Source of the DNA: an uncultured Gammaproteobacteria bacterium
GTDB taxonomy: Bacteria > Pseudomonadota > Gammaproteobacteria > UBA9214
Assembly (NCBI GenBank): GCA_963753755.1
Contig: CAVWDM010000013.1
Location: forward strand, 281,055 to 345,054
DNA length: 64,000 nt
Direction of reading: 5' to 3'
Positions 20,216 to 30,344 of this stretch are shown piece after piece. Every line of letters begins with the position of its first letter. The first letter of the stretch is position 1. The notes beneath the pieces were generated by a model. It had not been told where the DNA came from. It saw only the letters and a program-made list of their open reading frames with translations, and ran no database searches. The translations under genes were made by a program, and so were the position numbers.

Positions 20216-21700
20216 ATGAAACGCTCCTTGCGGACTATCGGCCTTGCCACACTGTCGGCCCTGATCGCCTCCGGTTGTGCGATGCTGGGTCCCGATTTCC
20301 AGCAGCCAGACGCGCCGGTCGAGAGTAACTGGCTCGAGGTCGATGATCCGATGCTTAGCAGTGAACCGCCCGCTGATCCGAAATGGTGGCAAATAGCCTT
20401 TCAGGACCCGGTGCTTGATGAGCTTGTCGAGATGGCCCTGCAGGAGAACCTGACGTTACGATCGGCAGCGTTGCGTGTGCTGCAGTCACAGCAGCAACTG
20501 GCTATTGCCATCGGTAACCAGTATCCCCAGCAGCAGCAGGCCACCGGCCTGGCAGCAAGAGAAAAATCGAACACCGTCATCTTCAACGACTACAGCCTTG
20601 GGTTCAATCTCAGCTGGGAAGTGGATTTCTGGGGGAGCTTCCGGCGGCAGGTGGAGTCGGCTTCAGCCGAACTCGATGCCAGTATTGCCGAGTATGATGG
20701 TGCCCTGGTGTCGCTGCTATCGCAGGTGGCGCAGAACTATATTCTTATCCGGACCTTTCAGGCACAGCTTGAGGTCGCCAGATATAACATCAAGCTCCAG
20801 CAGGAAAGTCTGCGCATTGCCAGGGCAAAATTCAATGCCGGCGAAGTCAGTGAACTCGACGCGGACCAGGCCGAGACCCTGCTGAACAATACCATCGCCA
20901 GTGTGCCGGCACTGGAGACCTCCTTGCAGCAGGTGAAGAACTCGCTTGCGATCCTGCTGGGGAAGCCGCCTCATGATTTGAATTATCTCCTGGGTGAGAA
21001 GGGCGACATTCCGACACCCCCGGCGACGATCGCCGTCGGTATGCCGCAGAACCTTATCAGGCAACGTCCCGACATTCGTACCGCCGAGCGCCAGCTCGCG
21101 GCCCAGAGTGCGCAGATCGGCGTGGCCGTCACCGAGTTGTACCCGGCCTTTTCGATTGGCGGTTCCATTGGCAGCACGGCAATGAAGACAGGCGATCTGT
21201 TCACCAGTGACAGCAGCACCTGGAACCTGTTCGGTGCGTTTCAGTGGAATATCCTGAATTACGGGCGCCTGCGTAGCAATGTCCGCTTGCAGGACGCCCT
21301 GTTCCAGCAGTTACTGGTGGATTACCAGAATACCGTCCTGTCTGCGCAGGGCGATGTCGAGAATACGATTGTTGCCTACCTCAAATCCTATCAGCAGCTG
21401 GCGTCATACCAGTTGGCGGCGGCTGCATCGAAGCGCTCGGTGGCCGCTTCCACGGCTCAGTACCAGAACGGCCTGATAGGTTTCAACACGGTCATCAGTA
21501 CCCTCAGTGCTGATGCACAGCAGCAGGACTTGCTGACTTCGACCCGGGGAACTGTGGCCACCAATCTGGTACAGGTCTATCGGGCACTTGGCGGTGGTTG
21601 GGAGATTCGTGACAACCAGGACCCGGTCGATTATTTGCCTGAAGCCATGAAGGACAACATGCGCGAAAGGACCGGGGCCTGGAAAGGGGTACTGCAGTGA
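20216..21700 (+). CDS. NodT-family efflux outer-membrane lipoprotein
   Basis: Lipobox ALIASGC. Typical OprM/NodT repeats are present, and it is the last gene of the efflux operon. The ORF track extends upstream to 20159. Confidence 0.85.
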   Translation: MKRSLRTIGLATLSALIASGCAMLGPDFQQPDAPVESNWLEVDDPMLSSEPPADPKWWQIAFQDPVLDELVEMALQENLTLRSAALRVLQSQQQLAIAIGNQYPQQQQATGLAAREKSNTVIFNDYSLGFNLSWEVDFWGSFRRQVESASAELDASIAEYDGALVSLLSQVAQNYILIRTFQAQLEVARYNIKLQQESLRIARAKFNAGEVSELDADQAETLLNNTIASVPALETSLQQVKNSLAILLGKPPHDLNYLLGEKGDIPTPPATIAVGMPQNLIRQRPDIRTAERQLAAQSAQIGVAVTELYPAFSIGGSIGSTAMKTGDLFTSDSSTWNLFGAFQWNILNYGRLRSNVRLQDALFQQLLVDYQNTVLSAQGDVENTIVAYLKSYQQLASYQLAAAASKRSVAASTAQYQNGLIGFNTVISTLSADAQQQDLLTSTRGTVATNLVQVYRALGGGWEIRDNQDPVDYLPEAMKDNMRERTGAWKGVLQ

Positions 21701-21775
21701 TAAATCACTGCCATAGATAAGGGGCAGGGCAACGAGGTCCTCAAGAATTGAACATGGGAAGAGAGGTGAGCGATA

Positions 21776-22201
21776 GTGCTGCTTAATATTTTTATCGCGG
21801 CTGTCTTGATGGTGGCAACCACTGCAATCCATGCCGGGGGCATGGTCCTGGCAATGTCCATGATGCATCCGCACGTTGCACACATGAAGCGATTGCAACA
21901 GATGCACATCTACCGGGTCAGTGGAATAGTCCTGCTGATGTTCAATGCCTCGTTGCTGGAAGTGTTGCTCTGGGCTGGCACCTACCATTTATTGAATGCA
22001 CTTCAGAGCTTCGAGGAGGCCGTTTACTTTTCGATGGTCACATTCACTACACTGGGATACGGTGAAATTGTTCTCGATGAACGCTGGCGTCTGCTTTCTT
22101 CTTTTGAAGCAGTCAACGGAATAATCATGTTCGGCTGGACGACCGCTATCATTCTCGCCGCCGTGAAAAGCACATACTTTGGTGAAGAAGCCAGCGGTTA
22201 G
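21776..22201 (+). CDS. small two-TM K+ channel-like protein (selectivity-filter-like TTLGYGE)
   Basis: 141 aa. TM1, a pore helix with FTTLGYGEIV, then TM2. The start is uncertain (GTG 21776 or ATG 21809). Confidence 0.6.
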   Translation: MLLNIFIAAVLMVATTAIHAGGMVLAMSMMHPHVAHMKRLQQMHIYRVSGIVLLMFNASLLEVLLWAGTYHLLNALQSFEEAVYFSMVTFTTLGYGEIVLDERWRLLSSFEAVNGIIMFGWTTAIILAAVKSTYFGEEASG

Positions 22202-22982
22202 ATACAGGACTGGTCTGCCATGTTTTCAGTACTGGATGACACTATACTAAATACTCTACTACTTCGAGGTGCTCCATGTCCCTGGCGACTGATAGTCAAG
22301 CCGCTGTGGGAAGCTGGCAGAGCCCTCGGCAGTGAGTTTACCAGCGGAAGTTATTCAACGTGGTTTGCAATCTGGGAGTGTCTCCAGAAAATTCAATCGG
22401 AGTGTCGCCGCTGAGTGGGCTGTGCGTGCGATGATGGTTGTAATAAAGACGTGAACAGAGGAGCTCGAAGAATACCAATTTCATTAGTACGGTATACGCA
22501 ACTTGCGTATATTACCAAGATTTCAAGAAGCAATTTCTGCCGTGGGCAGTTGGTACCTACTGTCGCCGGAACTGGCGGCGGTCGAATCCTGCTGACATGT
22601 AACGAGTTGAAATAAGCAGGGAAAGTGAGAAGGGAAGGAGTCCTTGCCAAACCTATTACTGGGACGGTGGCTCAAGGGGTTATCCTGATGATTGCGATAG
22701 TAATGAATGAGTTAAGTTTCGGGATAAACCAAAGGCCTGCGCACATCATGGTGTTGGATATATATGGGAGCGGAAGGTGGATCGCTACGATTTTCGCGAC
22801 GGTCCTCGGAAGGGCATATTGGAACGCAAGTTCAAACGGTGCCGAAGGGGGTTTTTATAAGATCTCAAACGGTCGCTGGGTGAAGCGATGGAAGAAGGCA
22901 GCCCCCTGAATGGCGAAAAGCAATGGGCTGATCCTTTGGGCATCTATGAGCAGATGCTAAATGTGTTACAAATAGTGCACTG

Positions 22983-24245
22983 ATGGAAGTGGATACAGAA
23001 TATTTCTTGGCGCTGATCGAGGCTTTGGGGATTGGCCTTCTGATTGGTATCGAGCGCGAGCAACAAGCACACAGGTATGGGGAGGAAGCCTCGGCCGGTG
23101 TGCGAACCTTCACCCTGGCATCGCTTGTCGGCGCGCTCAGCTTACTGGCGGGCGGTGTGCCGCTCCTTGCTGCTGCAGTAGTGACTGTAGGGGCCATTCG
23201 CATTGTCTCAGTCGTGTTGCGAGGCGATCCGACGGCCGGGCTAGCCACAAGCCTTGCGCTTGTTGCGGTCGTGCTGTTGGGTGCGCTTGCCGTAGAAACG
23301 GCGACGATGGCAGCAGGTGTTGCGGTGGTCATTGCCTCGCTTCTAGCCGCCCGCGAAGTTTTGCACAGTTTCAGCCGGACGGTGTTGACAGCGGTCGAAT
23401 TGCGCGATGGGCTCATCCTCGGCGCCTCGATTCTTGTTATCCTGCCGGTCCTGCCCAGCCTCGATTTCGGTCCGGGTGGCGCGCTAAACCCGCGCAATCT
23501 GTTCATCATCGTCGTGCTCATCATGTCGATAGGTGCCGCGAGTCACATCACGACGCGGGTCGTCGGTGCACGCCTCGGCCTGCCGCTCAGCGGTTTCCTT
23601 TCGGGCTTCGTGTCGAGCACAGCCACGATCGCCGAACTGGGTCGGCGTGCCGGCGACAAACCGGACGACGCGCGCAGCGCTTCCGCGGGGGCAACACTGT
23701 CCTCTGTGTCGTCGTTGATCCAGATCGGAATCATCCTGTTCGTATTGAGCCCGGCGATGTTTGTCGACGGTTTACCGATCCTGATCGGGACCGGGTTGGC
23801 GGCGGGGCTTTACGGAGCAGCTGCTTTCTTCCTGTCGCTATATGGTGAAACGAAGCCTGCGGTGCTGGAATTGCCGTCTCAGGTCTTTTCGGTCAAAGGC
23901 GCCGTCAAGTTCATGCTTATCGTGGCGACCGTGATGCTCGTCTCGGCAATTCTCAGTGACCGTTTCGGAAGCGACGCCATACTACCCGCCGTGGCGTTCG
24001 CCGGTCTGGTAAGCACTAATGCTGCGGCTGTCGCGCTCGCCTCACTCGTGGCCGCGGGGCAGATCTCCCCGATTCAGGGCACCTTGCCTCTGGCCGCCGC
24101 GCTAAGCGCAAACACGGTCGTGCGGCTCTGGATATCCGTGCACGCCAGCGAGCCATCCTACCGCTGGGGCGTGTCCGGTGGACTTGTGCTCCAACTGGCG
24201 GCGCTCTGGGCCGCATGGTGGCTGGGCGGCCTGATCCTGGCCTAG
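22983..24245 (+). CDS. MgtC/SapB-family N-terminal domain plus DUF4010 membrane protein
   Basis: N-terminus LGIGLLIGIEREQQAH...GVRTFTLASLVGAL matches MgtC, followed by extended polytopic DUF4010-like hydrophobic repeats. Confidence 0.65.
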   Translation: MEVDTEYFLALIEALGIGLLIGIEREQQAHRYGEEASAGVRTFTLASLVGALSLLAGGVPLLAAAVVTVGAIRIVSVVLRGDPTAGLATSLALVAVVLLGALAVETATMAAGVAVVIASLLAAREVLHSFSRTVLTAVELRDGLILGASILVILPVLPSLDFGPGGALNPRNLFIIVVLIMSIGAASHITTRVVGARLGLPLSGFLSGFVSSTATIAELGRRAGDKPDDARSASAGATLSSVSSLIQIGIILFVLSPAMFVDGLPILIGTGLAAGLYGAAAFFLSLYGETKPAVLELPSQVFSVKGAVKFMLIVATVMLVSAILSDRFGSDAILPAVAFAGLVSTNAAAVALASLVAAGQISPIQGTLPLAAALSANTVVRLWISVHASEPSYRWGVSGGLVLQLAALWAAWWLGGLILA

Positions 24246-24810
24246 TTAGCGACCTGCCCGGCGGCCTTATTTGCGCGCCGAGCTGTAAGCTGACAAGCAG
24301 GACACCAGACGCCATTCAGCGCAAGCTATCTGTGATTCAATGCGGCAGTATCAGTTATTTTCTCCCATAAAAATGCTGAGTGACTGCGCGCCAGGTAAAT
24401 GCGAACAAGAACTAGGCAACCAGTAGGGAGAAGACATTTTAGCCGGTGTTTCGTTTGTAATATGAAGTTCCTGTCTTGGTATGAACTTGTCGTTCAGACC
24501 AGTAACAGGGAAGGGCAAGTACTGGCCGGTAGTACCCCTTGCAGGCCAAGAAACGAGCCGGTGCTCAAGAGGCAGCGAACGGCAGGTATGTATCAAACTC
24601 GGAAGTCCCTGCAGTATCTCGCTATAATCATCGTTAAAGGGGGACTCCACCATTTCCTGACATTCGCAGAAGATGAACAGTGGTAAATTGAGCTATGCAG
24701 CCATGGAATCTTCCAGCGATGGCCGATCTCCGGGTGGATTCTATCGAAGTGGATGCGTTAACCATCCCATAAGTGAAAATTATCCTGTCACTCAGGGAGG
24801 AGGATCTATC

Positions 24811-25506
24811 ATGAAAATACGCCCATTAACTTCTTTAGTTGTGTGCCTCGCCTTACTATCTGCAAGCTGTATCGCTTCAGCGCAAAGCGTCACTATATTT
24901 ACTGATCGTAGTGCATGGGAATCTGCCGCCGCCACACTAAGTCCATCTTTCCTCATGCACCAGGATTTCAATTCTCTAACTCCTGGAACCTTGTCTACTG
25001 GACAGAACGAATTTTGGACTAATGATCCAGCTGGCTTTTTTATTGTGGATATCATTGGTTCCCCAGGCTTTAATAGTATTGAAGATGGAACTATCAACCC
25101 AGAAATGGCTTTCTCTTTATCTCCGAATGGATCTACATTCTATCTAGGTGAGGTTTCCGGTACGACAAAACCTCAATTTCTATTTCAGCCCTTCGCTGCA
25201 CCTGCAATATCATTTGGCTTCGGCGCAGATTGGGTTGTTCTTGAGCCGGGGTTAAATATGGAGATTGGCGGAATTACCATAGACTTTGATACATACCTAC
25301 CGAGTGGCTTTGGCTTCCTGGGCATAATTACCGCAGATGTAATAACTGCTGTGAATCCGGTACTGTTTAACACGTCTAATCCATCTCAAGTGTTTGGTAT
25401 GGATAATATAGTCTCCGTTGCAACGCCCGTCCCCCCAGCCGTCTGGCTCTTCAGCTCCGGCCTGCTTGGGCTGATCGGAATAGCTAGGCGCAAGAAATCA
25501 GCTTAA
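24811..25506 (+). CDS. PEP-CTERM sorting-domain (exosortase-substrate) secreted protein
   Basis: Signal peptide after a GGAGGAGG RBS. The C-terminal VPPAVWLFSSGLLGLIGIARRKK is a PEP-CTERM-like anchor (VPxP + TM + basic tail). The ORF track extends upstream to 24673. Confidence 0.7.
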   Translation: MKIRPLTSLVVCLALLSASCIASAQSVTIFTDRSAWESAAATLSPSFLMHQDFNSLTPGTLSTGQNEFWTNDPAGFFIVDIIGSPGFNSIEDGTINPEMAFSLSPNGSTFYLGEVSGTTKPQFLFQPFAAPAISFGFGADWVVLEPGLNMEIGGITIDFDTYLPSGFGFLGIITADVITAVNPVLFNTSNPSQVFGMDNIVSVATPVPPAVWLFSSGLLGLIGIARRKKSA

Positions 25507-25647
25507 TCATTCGATTCGTAGACGGCCCTTCGGGGCTGTTTTCAATTGCGCTAAATGTCGCTTGTTGGCCGAACCCGGTAGTACATCAAGCGATCATAAT
25601 GCTGATGAGAGCATCTGTTGAATGGCAACTCAACCGTAACCGCACGG

Positions 25648-27243
25648 TCATCCCATATTGTGGGATTTCCATTTATGCGGTAGCAGTTGATCGAGGGCTG
25701 AGTACTTGATCGTTGGCAACCGCTCCATCACATCCTTGAGATAGGCCTGCGGGTCGAGGCCGTTGATCTTTGCCGACTGGATCAAGCTCATGATATTGGC
25801 AGCACGCTGGCCACTGCGCAGTGAACCTGCGAAGAGCCAGTTGGACCTTCCAAGCGCCCACGGTCGGATCTGGTTTTCCACCCAGTTGTTATCGATCGGC
25901 ACGTGTCCGTCATCGAGATAACGGGTCAAGGCCTGCCAGCGTTTGAGACTGTAATCGATCGCCTTCGCGGTGCTCGTGCCGTTGGTGACCTGCTCGCGCT
26001 GGCCGATCAGCCATAACCTGAGCTTGTCGAGAATGGGCTTGGCCGTGTCCTGCCTGAGTTGTTGACGCGCCTGGTGGTCGAGCTTTGCGGCTTCACGCTC
26101 GACATCATAGAGTAGCGCGATGGTGCGCAGTGCCTTTTCCGCGATGGGGCTCTGATTGGCGACGTGCAGATCATGGAACTTGCGCCGCGCATGGGCCATG
26201 CAGCCGATCTCAGTGATGCCCTGGCTGAAGCTGGCCTTGTAGCCACTGTAATCATCACACACCAGTTTACCTTGCCAGCCTTCGAGGAAGTCTCTGGCCT
26301 CCTTGCCGGCGCGGCTGGGCCGGAAGTCATACACGACGCCCTGGATGTTGGCATACCGCGTCGAGGCATAGGCCCAGACATAAGCGGTGTGGGTGCGTTT
26401 CTTGCCCGGGGCGAGCATGGCTACCGGGGTTTCGTCCGCATGTAATACGGTATGCTGCTTGAGCGCCTCGCGTAGCTGTTCCACCAGCGGACTTAGCTCC
26501 ACACCACAACGACCCACCCAATCGGCCAGTGTCGAACGCGGCAAGTCCACGCCGGCGCGGGCAAAGATTTGCTGCTGACGATACAGCGGCAGATGATCGG
26601 CATACTTCGACACCAATACCTGCGACAGCAGGTGGGTCGTTGGAATACCCTTGTCGATGATGTGCGGTGCCACTGGTTCCTGTATGAGCGTTTCACAGGC
26701 CTGACAGGCCCATTTACCTCGGATGTGGCGCTCGACACTGAAGGCCCCGGGCTGATAATCCAGCTTCTCGCTGACATCCTCGCCGATGCGCGTCATCGCA
26801 CAGCCGCAAGCGCAGGTCGTCGATTCAGGTTCGTGGTGGATCTCCGTGCGCGGCAGTTGCGGCGGCAGGGGCTGGCGTTTGGCTTGTCGCTTATCGGCCC
26901 CGGGCTTACGCACCGAGACCTTTTCCAGCTCGACTTCCACGGCGCTGGTATCCTCGTCAATCAGTTCATGGAGCAGACTCAGTTGGTGCTTGTCGAGGCC
27001 TTCGCTGCTTTTGCCATAGCGATGACGGCGCAGCAGTGCGATCTCATGGCTCATCTGTTCTTCGCGGATCTGGTAACGTTTGATGGCTTCCTCGCGACGG
27101 GCAATGACCGTATCGCGATCCGCGATCAGCCGCGCTTGCCGCGTAATCTGTTCATCACGCTCACGGACCTGTGTGCTTAATTGCGCCACCATCGTGCGCA
27201 GTTGATCCGCGGTGAGTTGATTCAGATCGGGCGATTTCTCCAT
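25648..27243 (-). CDS. IS66-family transposase (TnpC / orf3)
   Basis: 531 aa, with a leucine-zipper N-terminus, a zinc-finger CxxC..CxxC, and DDE core motifs (HADETPV, ..YVWAY..). Confidence 0.85.
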   Translation of the reverse strand: MEKSPDLNQLTADQLRTMVAQLSTQVRERDEQITRQARLIADRDTVIARREEAIKRYQIREEQMSHEIALLRRHRYGKSSEGLDKHQLSLLHELIDEDTSAVEVELEKVSVRKPGADKRQAKRQPLPPQLPRTEIHHEPESTTCACGCAMTRIGEDVSEKLDYQPGAFSVERHIRGKWACQACETLIQEPVAPHIIDKGIPTTHLLSQVLVSKYADHLPLYRQQQIFARAGVDLPRSTLADWVGRCGVELSPLVEQLREALKQHTVLHADETPVAMLAPGKKRTHTAYVWAYASTRYANIQGVVYDFRPSRAGKEARDFLEGWQGKLVCDDYSGYKASFSQGITEIGCMAHARRKFHDLHVANQSPIAEKALRTIALLYDVEREAAKLDHQARQQLRQDTAKPILDKLRLWLIGQREQVTNGTSTAKAIDYSLKRWQALTRYLDDGHVPIDNNWVENQIRPWALGRSNWLFAGSLRSGQRAANIMSLIQSAKINGLDPQAYLKDVMERLPTIKYSALDQLLPHKWKSHNMG

Positions 27244-27324
27244 GCCCGATACTGTGCCAGAGCAGGCCGCTCATGACGATTTCTCTTTGGTTGTATGGAC
27301 TGGACTTGAGTGATATGAAAGGCG

Positions 27325-27660
27325 TTACAGGTGTTTGATCACGTGATTCGATCCGGCGTATTGCCAGGGCAACCCGACCACCAGGGCCTGAAGTTGTTGG
27401 GCATCCAGGGCAATGGCATCGCCCTGACGCAACGCACTCCAGATGAACTTGCCCTGGTGCAAACGGCGCGCAGCCAGCCAAATGCCATAGCCGTCATGTA
27501 CCAGTATCTTCATCCGGTTGGCGCGTTTGTTGGCGAATACATAGGCGCAGTGTGGTTTGGCTTCGCCAAACGAGCGCACCACCCGGGCCAGCGTGGTATC
27601 CGGCCCCGAGCGCATATCCAGCGGTTCGCGCGACAACCAGATTTCATCAAGGCGAATCAT
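27325..27660 (-). CDS. IS66 accessory protein TnpB (orf2)
   Basis: 111 aa; conserved motifs IWLSREPLDMR...VFANKRANRMKIL are typical of IS66 Orf2. Confidence 0.8.
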   Translation of the reverse strand: MIRLDEIWLSREPLDMRSGPDTTLARVVRSFGEAKPHCAYVFANKRANRMKILVHDGYGIWLAARRLHQGKFIWSALRQGDAIALDAQQLQALVVGLPWQYAGSNHVIKHL

Positions 27661-27995
27661 GCATTCAACGATTTAAGCCAGATCACTGACGCGGCAACAT
27701 CACCCAGAGGCCAGTGGACCACGATACCACCAGGCAGATCGATGCGGATGGTCGAGCCACTAGGCTTTTGGCTCGGCGGGGCGGGTGTCTGTAACCGAAT
27801 GAAATCGGCCGTAACGCTTACTTTGAGTTGCTTACGCCATTTGTGCAACAGGTTGGCGTTCAAATCATGCTGACGCGCTACTCCCGCGACAGACTGGCCG
27901 GGCTCTTCGCAAGCCCTGACCACCCTGGCCTTGAATTCGGCGGAATAGCGTCTGCGACGCTTGGGGGTGGAGGCAGTAGGGGCTAATTGATCCAT
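27657..27995 (-). CDS. IS66 Orf1 (TnpA; HTH transposase-helper)
   Basis: 112 aa; the RRRYSAEFKARVV motif is typical of the transposase_8/IS66 Orf1 HTH. Confidence 0.75.
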   Translation of the reverse strand: MDQLAPTASTPKRRRRYSAEFKARVVRACEEPGQSVAGVARQHDLNANLLHKWRKQLKVSVTADFIRLQTPAPPSQKPSGSTIRIDLPGGIVVHWPLGDVAASVIWLKSLNA

Positions 27996-28158
27996 AACAG
28001 GTGTCCACTTGAAAATAGGTGGACACTTAAAATACGAATTTCGCTACAGCTGAAAAGATGAGTTTACCGGACCGTTACACTCAACCTCCGGAAACCGTCG
28101 TTCAGAATTGTCAAACTGTTAATGCTTACCCAGCAGAGCTAGGGGCTCATATTTTTGT

Positions 28159-29142
28159 CTAGTCTTGTCCTGTAGTCGCTGAGTAGGATGCTGCATCAGC
28201 GGGATTTCCTGTGTCAGATGCGCCCATCCTTAACCATGCAAACATCTCATCAAAAGCCGCTTCTCTTACCTCTTTGGGTGACAAGAATATATCGTGTTGC
28301 GCATTATCAATGTCCAACAAAGTTACCTGCTTACCTAATTTGGAACCGATTTTCTTAATGTCTTCAATATCTAACACAGTATCTGTGGACATAGCCTCCT
28401 GAGAAAAAGTAGTAATTCTCCTGGAATGTGATGAGTGCATAACGAGAACGGGAACTTCGATATTAGATTTTAGTAGTTTTTTTTGCGCCCTTCTTATTGC
28501 AACGATCCACTTAAAATAGGTTGGAAAGCCGTTTATTGGTTTCCAGTCCAGGTTGAAATCCCATTCACCATAGTAGTCTTTATGTATGCTCTGCGCATAC
28601 ACTGGTGACAAAGCCCCGTTTATATAAGAGTGTGGCAGGATAGTTGAAGCGATATTAGCCGTGAGAAAGGTTGTCTTTTTTGCAAAATCCGGTTGATTGA
28701 AGTCTAGAAAAGGCGAATTCAAAATTAGGCTTTTTATTGAAGAAACTTCCTTGCCATAGTTCATATAATTACTTGCTATTAACCCTCCGGTTGAATGGCC
28801 TAAGAGGTGAATTGAAGAATTACCTGTTTTATTGATCTGTCGAATTGCGATCGTTATTTCTTCAAAATATTCTTCAATATCCAAACAGAAGTTTGGTCGC
28901 TGGTGCTCCAGGATTGACCTGCCATACTTTCGAAGATCAAGTGCATAAAAATCAAAGTCATTCTTTATGAATTCCTCACACACGTGTGGGTGAAAAAAAT
29001 AGTCAATGTAACCATGCAGATATAAAACACTCTCTCTGTCCCCAATATTGTATTTTGAAGAGATTAGAGTAGCGGTAACTTTCCCTTCATAGTCAGGAGA
29101 AAGCTGAAAGGTTTGATAATCAAAATCTGTATGCAGGTTCAT
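28159..29142 (-). CDS. alpha/beta-hydrolase-fold esterase/lipase (GxSxG: LLGHSTGG) in a strongly AT-rich segment
   Basis: 327 aa with HGY...GHSTGG...D...H catalytic-triad spacing. The local GC is far below the window average. Confidence 0.7.
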   Translation of the reverse strand: MNLHTDFDYQTFQLSPDYEGKVTATLISSKYNIGDRESVLYLHGYIDYFFHPHVCEEFIKNDFDFYALDLRKYGRSILEHQRPNFCLDIEEYFEEITIAIRQINKTGNSSIHLLGHSTGGLIASNYMNYGKEVSSIKSLILNSPFLDFNQPDFAKKTTFLTANIASTILPHSYINGALSPVYAQSIHKDYYGEWDFNLDWKPINGFPTYFKWIVAIRRAQKKLLKSNIEVPVLVMHSSHSRRITTFSQEAMSTDTVLDIEDIKKIGSKLGKQVTLLDIDNAQHDIFLSPKEVREAAFDEMFAWLRMGASDTGNPADAASYSATTGQD

Positions 29143-30088
29143 TTAAAGATTAATTACGTGGCGAGTTCAAACATAGAAATTTCTCATAAAGAATTAAAAG
29201 GTATTTTAAATGAAGAAATCACCATATAGCGACAGCCATATACTGACGATCCTGAAAAAATGTGGGGATACGAGGATTAATTATATCTGCCACACGTTGT
29301 TTTAGCGTAAAAATACGGCTGATTATCGATCGAAAATTCTTCCAGGTAGTCAATTGCTGCAACTGTCAGGTAGACACGCACTTCCGTTAAGGGCTGTAAG
29401 ATGCATGCCCCACCCCAGTCGTCCGGGAATGTCGCATTGCAGCCGGTTGTACCCCTTGCCGGTCATAACAACAACTGGCATTCAGGGAATCGCCGGTGAC
29501 TTATTGAAGGCTCATCCCGATGCGCCCTACGGTGATGAGCTGGCAAGCGATGTGTCTGCTGCGCAGAAGGCATACCAACAGGCAGCGGATGCCTATGGGT
29601 AGGGTGCGAACGCGTCCTGTTGGCGGGGTCTTGTTTCAGTCAATGAACCGGCGGCCACCAGCGCGCAATGGGGGCTGCAGGCCGATGCTCGGGGGCTTCA
29701 TGAGCTCGCCCGTTGTGGCTTTCAAAAAAGCACACCCAATTAAGCATAGCTACTGGCACTGATAATGTTATTGGCTGGTAGAGATATTGTTATAAGTGGA
29801 GCTACCTATTTACTCAATGCCGCACCTGATTGACACTGTCTGTCATAACGCGGTGGCGAACCTGGGTGAAGTCCCGAAGTATAGCCGTCATGACCGACCT
29901 CCCAAGAGTCGACACGAAGCAGCAAGTATGCGACATTCTGAAACGCTACAGTCACTGCCTACCGGAGGAGCAGAAAGCCTTCCTCGAACAGTAGTGTAAA
30001 CATTGATCTGCAGATGTGTACCTGATGTGTACCGGATTTTGAGGTTGTTTCCAGGAAGTCGGGGTTCTGCATAAGTCGTTGATTATCT

Positions 30089-30175
30089 TGGTGCCGAGGA
30101 GAGGACTTGAACCTCCACGGGGTTTCCCCCACTAGCACCTGAAGCTAGCGTGTCTACCAATTTCACCACCTCGGC
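30089..30175 (-). tRNA. tRNA-Leu (anticodon CAG), 87 nt with long variable arm and encoded CCA
   Basis: The reverse complement folds as a class II tRNA. It has the acceptor GCCGAGG/CCTCGGC, anticodon stem CTAGC/GCTAG with loop TTCAGGT, a long variable arm, T-arm GGTTCAAGTCC, and terminal CCA. Confidence 0.85.
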
Positions 30176-30344
30176 GTGGCTCCCGAAACGACATATCGCT
30201 GTTGCGAGAGCCGCGAACTCTACCGCCTGATATATGACTTGTCAATTTACACCGTCAGACCTCACACTAAGGGCTGGTAATATAAGCCAATAAACAAGCT
30301 GAGACAGATCCAGCAACGTCTAACCGACCTGTAAACCTGAAGTT

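Larger units (their letters stand above)
25560..28060 (-). mobile_element. IS66-family insertion sequence (tnpA-tnpB-tnpC); ends approximate
   Basis: Three co-oriented ORFs with the canonical IS66 organisation and 4-nt overlaps. Terminal inverted repeats were not confidently identified by eye. Confidence 0.7.

Noticed and set aside
22545-22600. tRNA gene
   Set aside because: Only a T-loop-like GGTCGAATCC word. No acceptor-stem complementarity and no anticodon arm could be built. Reported only as a possible relic.
25560-28060. Exact IS66 terminal inverted repeats
   Set aside because: Candidate end sequences near 25.61 kb and 28.06 kb share only short imperfect matches. The boundaries are therefore given as approximate.
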